A stretch of 64,000 nucleotides of DNA from Acidobacteriota bacterium (GTDB taxonomy: Bacteria > Acidobacteriota > UBA890 > WLXD01). Positions within the stretch are counted from its first letter, which is position 1. Every line of letters starts with the position of its first letter. Both the position numbers and the translations under genes were made by a program. Where the stretch lies: contig CBDBHB010000009.1 of the NCBI GenBank assembly GCA_965205505.1, forward strand, positions 1,824,001-1,888,000, given 5' to 3'. Below are positions 20,564-29,271 of this stretch, one piece after another. Under the pieces are notes generated by a model, which was given only the letters and a program-made list of their open reading frames with translations, searched no databases and had not been told where the DNA came from.

Positions 20564-22726
20564 TCAGTGCGCCAGCAGAAGAACCTCGCGTACCTTGCGC
20601 GCCAAGGCCTCCGGTGTGAACGGCTTGCGAAGGAAGTTGGCGCTCTCCAGCCGAGAGCGGCTGGGCCCCTTTTTGTAACCGGACATGAACAGTACCGGGA
20701 GATCTGGCCGGTCGGCGCAGATGCGATCGTCGAGCTCGATGCCGCTCATCGTGGGTAAGACGACATCGGTCAGCAGCAAATCGATAGCCTCGCCGTGCTC
20801 ATTGTGGATTCGAAGTGCCTCCTCGGGACCAGGAGCCCGGAGCACTCGGTAGCCTTCTTGTTGGAGGGTGCGTTCCGCCACGTCGGCTACCGCGTCGTCG
20901 TCTTCTACCAAGAGGATGGTCTCGTTTCCGCGAATCGTCCTCCTGGAGTCCGCTGGCTGGGCAGGCAGTGTCGCGGGTTCGTTAGTCGAGGGCAGATAGA
21001 TCGTCACGGTCGTGCCCAGGTCGAGGACGCTGTCGAGGAAGATGTAGCCACCGGTCTGTTTGACGACTCCGTAGACCATGGCGAGCCCCATCCCCGATCC
21101 CTCGCCTTGTGGCTTGGTGGTGAAGAACGGGTCGAAAACATGGAGCAGAGTCTGCGGGGCTATTCCGCTGCCCGTATCGGATACGCTCAGTAGGCAGTAG
21201 TCGCCGGCATCCACCACCACTCCTTCCCTGGTGAAGGAGGAGTCGAACGTCTCGGGGCGGGTACCGATGGTCAGGATTCCCCCGTCCGGCATGGCATCGC
21301 GGGCATTGACGACGAGGTTGACGATCACCTGTTCCAGCTTACCTCGATCCATCCACACGTTTCCGAGTTCCGGGTTCGGGGCCAGGACGAAATCGAGGTA
21401 CTCCGGAAGCAGTCGCTGCAGCATCGGCTCGAACTCTTCCACGACGCTGTTCACCTGCAACACTGCCGGCTCCAGCGTCTGCTGGCGGCTGAACGCGAGT
21501 AACTGCCGGGTCAGTGTCGCCGCTCTTTCTGATGTCTTGAGGACTTCGGTGATGTCCTCGTAAGCAGGATGCTCCGAGCTCATGCTCTCCTGCGCGAGGC
21601 TAGCAAAGCCCGTAATGCCCGTGAGCAGGTTGTTGAAGTCGTGGGCCACCCCGCCCCCGCCGGCTAGAGTGCCGATAGCTTCCATCTTTTGCGATTGACG
21701 GGCCCGCTCCTCGAGGATTCGCCGCTCCGACTCCAGTTGCTTCTGGTTCGCAAAGGCTAGAGCTGCAAGGACAAGAACCAAGAACAGCATTAGGAACTCT
21801 CGATTTAGCCTCGCGTCCGGACTGAACATCCCTGTCCAGTAGCCGCCGAAATGGAATAGCGGGAGCACCACGAGAAACAGGATCGGCGAACCTCCAAGTC
21901 TTGCTGGAGTCTGTCGAGCGACCCGATTGTCGTCTTCGGCAGGCGCTTGTTGGGGACTTGCGTAGTGCCGCAATCGTGCGGCTGCGATGATCGGCAGGTA
22001 GGGCACGGCAGATTCGTGGAGGTTTCCCTCGGGTATAAACGGCCATACGCCCCAAGTCGACAGGAGATCGAGAGAGCCCAGGACCACCCACAGACCCGAC
22101 GCCACTGCCAACGTGGCGTAGAGGTTTCTCCAACGAATGCTTCCGCACGTTCCGCTGAGATACGCGAAAGTTCCAGCGACCAAGCCATCGAGAGCGACGT
22201 ACATGAGTAGATTCGGCACGTAGGGTTCAGTACTGTGCCCGGCCGTTGTCTGAATGAGAAAAACGTAGGTTACTGATCCCAGTACGAAGACAAGGCTTGC
22301 GGCGGATGTAATCCAATACCGTGGGTTGCCGCGGCTCCATCCGGACTTTAGGTGAGGGTTCGCTGCAACCGCCAACAAAATCGCTGCATAATTCAGCAAA
22401 GTCAGAGATCCCTCGGCGGTCTCGAGCTTGGGTGCCTCAACATTGGGTGCGAGGACATGCAAGGACTCGACGACCACCCAGGCCGCGAACCCAAAGGCGG
22501 CCAATAGCCAAAACCTTCGTTCCTCTGGGTGCTTGATCTGTCTCACTCCGTACAGAAGTGCCCAGACCGCGAGGACGGAAAAAACGAGGTCGGCGTCTTC
22601 ACTGAGGTTGGCCAGCTGCGGGCTCGACAGCCACGGTATCCAGTACACCAGAACGAGGCCGGTGTAGAGGAGGCCCGTGATTCTGATTATTGGGTCGGCC
22701 TTGAGATGGGCCCACACGCCAGGCAT
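20564..22726 (-). CDS. Membrane-bound hybrid sensor histidine kinase / response regulator
   Basis: Multi-TM N-terminus, HDFNNLL, NLVVNARDAM, DTGSGI, PFFTTK, C-terminal receiver (LLVEDD...LLTDVV). Confidence 0.92.
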   Translation of the reverse strand: MPGVWAHLKADPIIRITGLLYTGLVLVYWIPWLSSPQLANLSEDADLVFSVLAVWALLYGVRQIKHPEERRFWLLAAFGFAAWVVVESLHVLAPNVEAPKLETAEGSLTLLNYAAILLAVAANPHLKSGWSRGNPRYWITSAASLVFVLGSVTYVFLIQTTAGHSTEPYVPNLLMYVALDGLVAGTFAYLSGTCGSIRWRNLYATLAVASGLWVVLGSLDLLSTWGVWPFIPEGNLHESAVPYLPIIAAARLRHYASPQQAPAEDDNRVARQTPARLGGSPILFLVVLPLFHFGGYWTGMFSPDARLNREFLMLFLVLVLAALAFANQKQLESERRILEERARQSQKMEAIGTLAGGGGVAHDFNNLLTGITGFASLAQESMSSEHPAYEDITEVLKTSERAATLTRQLLAFSRQQTLEPAVLQVNSVVEEFEPMLQRLLPEYLDFVLAPNPELGNVWMDRGKLEQVIVNLVVNARDAMPDGGILTIGTRPETFDSSFTREGVVVDAGDYCLLSVSDTGSGIAPQTLLHVFDPFFTTKPQGEGSGMGLAMVYGVVKQTGGYIFLDSVLDLGTTVTIYLPSTNEPATLPAQPADSRRTIRGNETILLVEDDDAVADVAERTLQQEGYRVLRAPGPEEALRIHNEHGEAIDLLLTDVVLPTMSGIELDDRICADRPDLPVLFMSGYKKGPSRSRLESANFLRKPFTPEALARKVREVLLLAH

Positions 22727-22952
22727 TCGAACCCTCGGTTAGCAGCGGTAATAGCGCCAAGTCTGTCCCGCGCCGAGAGGCACCACCACCCCAGTACTCG
22801 CGCAACCCGACTGGAGCCAAGGCCGGGAGCGCGACCTGATGACAGGGTAGCGGACGCCCGGCCGTCGGCGGCCGACTGGCAAGAAACTTCCACTCTTTAC
22901 CCAGCCTGAACCCCCGTTTCCGTTTGGGGCTAGCCGCGGCGTATACTCTTGC

Positions 22953-23441
22953 GTGGTGGAATCGCGAGTGGCCAGCCGCGATAACAGAATGACTCTGGTG
23001 GGCGGCCCCAACCTGGGCTCCTTCGAGGCGGCCAAGCCGCCACTGCTCGAGGCCGTGGAAACTCTGGAGGCGGAGCTCGGCCCCGAACACCTACGAGTTG
23101 CGGGTGCTCTGAAGTCGCTTGGCAGCCTCTACACGTACGAGGCAGACTACGAGCGGGCGCAGATGTCGCTCGAACGGGCTCTGACGATCTACCAGGCGTC
23201 CGAAGGGGTCGACCGGTTCGATCTGGCGAGCGTGCTTCACATGCAGGGTGAGTTGTTGCTCGACCAGGCCCGTTTCGAGGAGGCGGGTTACAAGCTACGA
23301 ACTGCCTTGGAGATCTATGAGGAAGTGTCGGCCGAGACCCTTGACCAACCGCTGTTCGGTGAGCTCCCCGGACGACGAGAGCGGCGGCTAGCCTCCGTGT
23401 TATCGAGCCTGGGCCACCCAGCTCGCTACGTGTTGCTCTGA
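22953..23441 (+). pseudogene. Tetratricopeptide-repeat protein fragment
   Basis: LGPEHLRVAGALKSLGSLY...LERALTIY kinesin-light-chain-type TPRs; no clear start and an abrupt end. Confidence 0.6.
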
Positions 23442-23559
23442 GCCGTGTAAGGTACAGCGCGATGCACAACGATTGGGCGCTGCATTGTGTGGGGGGCCGC
23501 AAGAAGAAGCGGATGGGAACGGCGCCGCCTAAACACCTGTATCCACGAAGGACACGAGC

Positions 23560-25581
23560 GTGACCGACAAATTGCCGGATCAGCAGTTCCGGGAACTCGA
23601 GCTTTTGTACAGGGACGCGCCGATCGGTCTCTGCGCCCTGGACGTGGATCTCCGGTACCTTCACATCAACAGCTTCTTGGCCGCGATCAACGGGTTCTCC
23701 GTGGACGAACATCTGGGACGGACGATCGCCGAGGTAGTTCCCGAAGTTGCGGCGGGCGTCGAAACGCAGCTTCGCCAAGTGATCGGTACGGGGGAACCGA
23801 TTCTCGAGGGGAGGGTGGATGCCGAGACTCCGGCTAGTCCGGGCATCGTCAAGAAGTATCTACACAGCTACTATCCGAACAAAGGCGCCGACGGCAAGGT
23901 CATTGGGGTGAGCTGCGTCGTGCAGGACGTTACCGAGCGCCTGCGGGGCGAACAGGCGCGGCGAGAACGCGAGGAGTATCTTCGCTGGATCGTGGAGACT
24001 GTTCCTAGTGGAATCGAAGAGATCGATGTTTCCGGCACCATCATCTTCGCCAATACTGGTCTTCACGAAATGTACGGCTATGCGGCGGGAACTCTGATCG
24101 GAAAGTCGATCCTGGATATGGTCGTACCGGACAACGAGCGCGACGAGTTGCGCGAACGTCTGGTGTACTTACAGGCGGAACAGCCTCCTAGCGACACCTA
24201 TTTCGGAAAGAAGAGAAAACGGCAGGGAGAAGTCATCGACGTCCAGGTCGACTGGACCTACGTGAGGAATGAACAACAGCAGGTGACGGGATTCGTATCG
24301 GTCATCACCGACGTCACCGAACGCCAACGGGCTGAGGAAGATCGTCATAGGCTCGAGTCCCGGATCCAAAATGAACTGGAAGAACGTGTTGAAGAACGCA
24401 CGAGCCAGTTAAGAGCCGCCCATAAACAGCTTCGCCAGTCGCAAAAGTTAGAGGCAATCGGTCGACTGGCCGGCGGGGTTGCCCACGACTTCAACAACAT
24501 GCTCACGGCCATCATTGGTAACGCCGCGCTTCTGTTGAGCGACGATCTGCACCTCGCCGACATACAGCGCGAAGAGGTCGAGGCGATCAGGGGAGCCGCC
24601 GAACGTGCCGGCTCTTTGACCCAGCAGCTCCTGGCCTTCAGCCGTCGGCAGATGCTGATGCCCCAGATACTCGATTTGAACGCCTCCGTGGTCGAGATGG
24701 GAAAGATGCTCCGCCGCATGATCGGCGAGGACGTCGAGTTGATCACCGAGCTCGACTCTGCACTGGGCAACGTGAAAGCCGACCCGGGACAGGTCGGGCA
24801 GGTGATCATGAACCTCGCCCTCAACGCCCGGGACGCGATGCCCGAAGGCGGTGAGCTCAAGATCGGGACGGCGAGCCTGGATGTGGACGCGGCCGATGCG
24901 CGCTTGCAGGACGGCATGATGCCGGGCCGCTACGTGATGCTGGTGGTGAGCGACACGGGTTGCGGCATGGACGTGGAGACCCGGGAGAAGATCTTCGAGC
25001 CCTTCTTCACCACCAAGGGCACCGGCGAAGGGACGGGCTTGGGGCTATCGACGGTCTACGGGATCGTGAAACAGAGCGACGGCTTCATCGGCGTTGATAG
25101 CGAGCCGGGGCTTGGCACGACGTTCAAGATCTATCTGCCGCGTGTCGATGAGGTCACCGAGCCGCTCGAACCCAGGACGGACCCGGTCGAGTTGCGGCAA
25201 GGCACGGAGACCGTCCTGCTGGTGGAGGACGAAGAGATGGTGCGCGCCCTGGTTGGCGACGTCCTCGAGAGGAACGGGTACAGGGTTCTGGAGGCGCCGG
25301 GGGGGCCCAAGGCCATCGAGATCGCCGAGCAGCACGAGGGGCATATCAACCTGTTGCTGACTGATGTGGTCATGCCGGGAATGAGCGGTCGTGAGCTGGC
25401 GGAGGAGTTGACCAGGCTGAGACCGGAACTGAAGGTGCTGTATATGTCGGGCTACACGGCAGAGGCTCCCAGCGACCGTGGCCTGTCGAATCAGGGGACG
25501 CCTTTCCTTCAGAAGCCGTTCACGCCGCCCGCGCTGATGCAAAGGGTGCGCGACTTGCTGGATCTTCCCGGAAACGGGTAG
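23560..25581 (+). CDS. PAS-PAS hybrid histidine kinase / response regulator
   Basis: Two PAS domains ending QDVTER and [26 protein letters not shown], receiver domain. Confidence 0.94.
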   Translation: MTDKLPDQQFRELELLYRDAPIGLCALDVDLRYLHINSFLAAINGFSVDEHLGRTIAEVVPEVAAGVETQLRQVIGTGEPILEGRVDAETPASPGIVKKYLHSYYPNKGADGKVIGVSCVVQDVTERLRGEQARREREEYLRWIVETVPSGIEEIDVSGTIIFANTGLHEMYGYAAGTLIGKSILDMVVPDNERDELRERLVYLQAEQPPSDTYFGKKRKRQGEVIDVQVDWTYVRNEQQQVTGFVSVITDVTERQRAEEDRHRLESRIQNELEERVEERTSQLRAAHKQLRQSQKLEAIGRLAGGVAHDFNNMLTAIIGNAALLLSDDLHLADIQREEVEAIRGAAERAGSLTQQLLAFSRRQMLMPQILDLNASVVEMGKMLRRMIGEDVELITELDSALGNVKADPGQVGQVIMNLALNARDAMPEGGELKIGTASLDVDAADARLQDGMMPGRYVMLVVSDTGCGMDVETREKIFEPFFTTKGTGEGTGLGLSTVYGIVKQSDGFIGVDSEPGLGTTFKIYLPRVDEVTEPLEPRTDPVELRQGTETVLLVEDEEMVRALVGDVLERNGYRVLEAPGGPKAIEIAEQHEGHINLLLTDVVMPGMSGRELAEELTRLRPELKVLYMSGYTAEAPSDRGLSNQGTPFLQKPFTPPALMQRVRDLLDLPGNG

Positions 25582-25687
25582 AGGGCAGTGGGCTCCCGAA
25601 TGGATACCTACTGAGCATGATCGCAGACCATGTGAGCATGGCTGGTAGGCGGATCGCGGTGGTAGGAACGAGCCCCGACAGCTCGGT

Positions 25688-27763
25688 TCACTCGCTGTCG
25701 CGCAGCCGGGGCAGCGCGAAGGCGACTAGGCTGCTGCCCGACGGGGCGCCGTTCTTACCGCCGCCGCAGGCGATGACGATGTACTGGCGGCCGGCGATGC
25801 TGTAGACGGACGGCGTCGCGTTGCCGGCGGCTGGCAGCAGCGTTTCCCAGAGCAACTCGCCAGTGAGCGCTTCGTAGGCGCGGAACTTGTTGTCGAAGTT
25901 GGTTGCGCCGATAAACAGCAGGCCGCTGGCGGTGACTACCGGACCGCCGTAGTTGTCGCTGCCGGTGTCGGTCAGCCCCTGCTCCACCAGCTCGGGGAAC
26001 TCGCCGAACGGAATCTTCCAGCGGATCTCGCCGCTGTTCAAATCGATGGCGTTGAGCGTGCCCCACGGCGGTGTGATCGCGGGGTAGCCATCGGGATCCA
26101 GAAAAATGGTGTAGCCGTTGCCGCGGTACGGCAGCCAGGTCGGGGCGCCAGTGGCGGCCGGATCGGCACCGTGGTCGATTCCGGTAATGAGGAACTCGAC
26201 GATGTGGTTCGTGTCGATATCGTCCAATTGGGGGAAGCCCGGCATCGTTCCGGTCCCCTGGCGGATCAGCGCGGTGAGCTCTTGGCGCGAGAAACGCTCA
26301 CCGATGTTCTCCAGCGACGGCATTGCCGCCGAGCCCGGCCGATTCTCGCCGTGGCAGCTTGCGCAGTTCATGTTGTAGAGGGAGGTGTCGTTGTTCGGGA
26401 TGAGCTGCATGATCCACGGCATCTCGTTGGAGTTGACGAAGAGCAGGCCGCTGTCCGGGTCGAACGCCGCCCCGCCCCATTCGCCACCGCCGTCGAATCC
26501 CGGGAAAACGATCGTGCCTTCGAAGCCCGGCGGCTCGTACATCCCTGACTTGAGGGCTCTGAACCGCTCGAGCACAGCGGCGTGCGCCTCCGGCGTGCGT
26601 TGCGTCAGCATGTCCTCGGTAAGCCCCTGGCGGGCGAAGGGCGGGGGCATGACCGGGTGCGGCTGACTGGTCGCCAGCAGCTCGCCGGGAACCGTCGCCG
26701 CTGGCACGGGTCGCTCCTCGATCGGGAACAGCGGATCACCGCTGCGGCGGTCGAAGACGTAGACGTAGCCGGTCTTGCTGATCTGCGCCACGGCGTCGAT
26801 CCGACTGCCGTCGCGCATCACCGTGACCAGACTGGGCGCCGCCGGAAAATCCCAATCCCAAACGTCGTGGCGGACGGCCTGGAAGTGCCACACGCGTTTG
26901 CCGGTGCGTGCGTCGAGCGCCAGCACGCTGTTGGCGAACAGGTTGTCGCCGTGTCGGTTGGAGCCGTAGAAGTCGAAAGACGCCGAGCCCGTCGCCGCGA
27001 ACACCATCCCGGTGGAGGGATCGACGGTTACGCCGGCCCAGGCGTTGGCGCCGCCGGAGATCTCGTACGCTCCTGCCGGCCAGGTATCGTAGCCGAACTC
27101 GCCGGGCGCGGGAATGGTGTGGAACATCCAGCGCAGCTCGCCCGTGGTCACGTCAAAAGCGCGGATGTGGCCCGGTGCGGCGGGTAGCGTTTCCGGAACG
27201 CTGCTGCCCATGATGAGCAGGTCTTCGAAGACCTGGCCCGGCGTGCTGGCGCTGACGCTCAGCCCCTCTGCCGGCCGCCCGAGGCCCTCACGTAAATCGA
27301 CCCACCCTTCTTGTCCGAACGTGTCGATTGGCTCGCCGGTTCGCCGGTCAAGCGCCCGAAGATAGCTACGTGCGGCGATGAAAACGCGATCCTCGTGCAC
27401 CGTCACCCCGCGGTGTCGCGCCCTCCCCTGCGGCGCACCGGTCGCGGCGATCGGATCGAACGTCCACAACAGGGCCCCGGTTGCTGCGTCCAGCGCGATG
27501 ACCTTCAGCGTCGGCGTAGTGGCATAGAGCGCCCCGTCGACGACGATCGGGTTGCTCTGCATCTCCGAGCCCTCGAAGGCGTCCTGCGAGTCGTAGGTCC
27601 ACACCACCTCGAGCTGGCCGACGTTGTCCTTGGTGATCTCGGTAAGGGGCGAGTAGCGAATATTGTCGATGCCGCCGTTCACTGGCCAGTCGACGTCGTC
27701 CGGAGGCCCGCAGGCTGCGACCAGGAGGCACGATGCGATCAAGCTCCAATAGTGGATCCTCAT
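25688..27763 (-). CDS. PQQ-dependent dehydrogenase lipoprotein with an inserted cytochrome c domain
   Basis: Lipobox VAAC, RYSPLTEITKDNV, WHFQAVRHDVWDWD, CASCH heme motif, PPWGTLNAIDL. Start at MRIHYW. Confidence 0.92.
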   Translation of the reverse strand: MRIHYWSLIASCLLVAACGPPDDVDWPVNGGIDNIRYSPLTEITKDNVGQLEVVWTYDSQDAFEGSEMQSNPIVVDGALYATTPTLKVIALDAATGALLWTFDPIAATGAPQGRARHRGVTVHEDRVFIAARSYLRALDRRTGEPIDTFGQEGWVDLREGLGRPAEGLSVSASTPGQVFEDLLIMGSSVPETLPAAPGHIRAFDVTTGELRWMFHTIPAPGEFGYDTWPAGAYEISGGANAWAGVTVDPSTGMVFAATGSASFDFYGSNRHGDNLFANSVLALDARTGKRVWHFQAVRHDVWDWDFPAAPSLVTVMRDGSRIDAVAQISKTGYVYVFDRRSGDPLFPIEERPVPAATVPGELLATSQPHPVMPPPFARQGLTEDMLTQRTPEAHAAVLERFRALKSGMYEPPGFEGTIVFPGFDGGGEWGGAAFDPDSGLLFVNSNEMPWIMQLIPNNDTSLYNMNCASCHGENRPGSAAMPSLENIGERFSRQELTALIRQGTGTMPGFPQLDDIDTNHIVEFLITGIDHGADPAATGAPTWLPYRGNGYTIFLDPDGYPAITPPWGTLNAIDLNSGEIRWKIPFGEFPELVEQGLTDTGSDNYGGPVVTASGLLFIGATNFDNKFRAYEALTGELLWETLLPAAGNATPSVYSIAGRQYIVIACGGGKNGAPSGSSLVAFALPRLRDSE

Positions 27764-28089
27764 CGCTCTGCTAGCGGTCGGTCGCGCCGACCGTTCTTGC
27801 CCACGTCTTTCCCGGTCTTGCGGGCCTCGATAAGTGCTTGGTGGAGTTGCCCCGGTTTCGTAGCCACCCGTGGTCCAGAAGTCGCCGCGCTGCCTGGATC
27901 GACCCATCAGTCAGGTTCCAGCCGGTGACACAGCTCGTAGTGCTGGCTGTGCTGATCGAATCGGGACAGTAGCTCTCGGGCGGCGGATGGCGGAGCGGCT
28001 ATGGGCGCTGGCGGTTTGCACGAGACTGCTTCCTCCTTGGGGATGTGGCCGGCGCCGGCGAGGGGCAACGCTGATGCCAGCCTTGATCA

Positions 28090-28151
28090 CCTTGCATCTG
28101 TGCCCTTGGCGGCGTAACCAGACCCATCGCACTCTCACGACGACCTGCCAG
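28090..28151. repeat. Degenerate family-A MITE end
   Basis: CCTTGCATCTGTGCCCTTGGCGGCGTAACCAGACCCATCGCACTCTCACGACGACCTGCCAG aligns to the family-A end and to 7748-7809. Confidence 0.75.
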
Positions 28152-28247
28152 AAGGAACGTCGATGGGCGCTGAGGCTACAGGCAGCGCACGAGCCGCGCC
28201 AGCAGGGTCTTGTGTGCCCCAGCGCCGTGCTCTACGCTTTGCCGACC

Positions 28248-28313
28248 ATGTGGAACGGTGAACATCACCATCACCATCACGGCCCCACGGGCCGGGGCGG
28301 TGGCGTGCGCTGA
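28248..28313 (+). CDS. hisL: his operon leader peptide (21 aa, six consecutive His)
   Basis: MWNGEHHHHHHGPTGRGGGVR*, encoded by CATCACCATCACCATCAC, about 95 bp upstream of hisG. Confidence 0.9.
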   Translation: MWNGEHHHHHHGPTGRGGGVR

Positions 28314-28344
28314 TCGTGTAACGCCGAACCAACAAGATCTTCCG

Positions 28345-28380
28345 CCGCGGCCTGTCGAGTTCGACGGGCCGCGGTTTTTT
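28345..28380 (+). terminator. his attenuator terminator hairpin
   Basis: CCGCGGCCTGTCGA-GT-TCGACGGGCCGCGG followed by TTTTTT. Confidence 0.9.
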
Positions 28381-28407
28381 CGTGAGTACAAGATTTCGAG
28401 GTATCCG

Positions 28408-29271
28408 ATGATACGCATTGCCATGCCCAACAAGGGGCGCCTGGCTGAGCCGTCTCGCGAGCTCATAAAGGAGGCGGGACTCGCCTTCTCGCACATTAGC
28501 GGGCGAGCCTTGCAGGCGAAGCTCGGCGATCAGTTCCTGGCGCTGTTCGTACGTGCCAATGACATCCCGGAGTTCGTCGCCGACGGCGCCGCGGATCTCG
28601 GCATTACCGGCCGTGACCTGGTGCACGAGAGCGGGCGGTCGTTGCTCGAGCTGCTCGATCTGGAGTTCGGCCGCTGTCGCCTGGTGGTTGCGGTACGGGA
28701 CGAAGACGGCGTGCATTCGATCGAGGACATCCCGGATGGAACCCCGGTGGCGACGTCGTTTCCCTCTAGCAGCGAAGCCTTCTTCTCGGCGGCGGGCCGT
28801 CGCGTAAAGCTGGTGCCTGTTTCCGGGGCTGCCGAGATCGCACCGCACCTGGGCTTGGCCGACATCATCGTCGATCTGGTTTCCACCGGCTCGACGCTCA
28901 AGACCAACGGCCTGCGCGAGATCACCACCGTCATGGAGTCGAGCGCCGTGCTCGTGGGCCGACCGGGGGCCGCCGAGGGAAACGGTAGTGGCGCCGTGGT
29001 GCGCGATCTCACCGACGCCCTCGAGTCCGTGGTGCGGGCGAAGGACAAGCGCTACCTGATGGCAAATGTGCCGCGTGCGGCGCTCGACGAGGTGCGGCAG
29101 GTGCTGCCCGGGCTCGACGGCCCGACGATCATCGACGTGCTCAATGGCGGAGACCTGGTGGCGGCGCACGCGGTGATCGGTCAGAGCGAGGCCTTCGAGG
29201 TTATCGCTCGACTGAGGCAGCTCGGAGCCACCGGCATCCTGCTAACCAAGATCGAGAGACTATCGCCATGA
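28408..29271 (+). CDS. hisG: ATP phosphoribosyltransferase, long form
   Basis: IRIAMPNKGRL, VRANDIP, DLGITG, ADIIVDLVSTGSTL, C-terminal regulatory domain. Confidence 0.96.
   Translation: MIRIAMPNKGRLAEPSRELIKEAGLAFSHISGRALQAKLGDQFLALFVRANDIPEFVADGAADLGITGRDLVHESGRSLLELLDLEFGRCRLVVAVRDEDGVHSIEDIPDGTPVATSFPSSSEAFFSAAGRRVKLVPVSGAAEIAPHLGLADIIVDLVSTGSTLKTNGLREITTVMESSAVLVGRPGAAEGNGSGAVVRDLTDALESVVRAKDKRYLMANVPRAALDEVRQVLPGLDGPTIIDVLNGGDLVAAHAVIGQSEAFEVIARLRQLGATGILLTKIERLSP

Noticed and set aside
28263-28280. His6 run as a cloning tag or vector contamination
   Set aside because: It lies in a leader ORF with an attenuator directly upstream of hisG, and no vector sequence is present.
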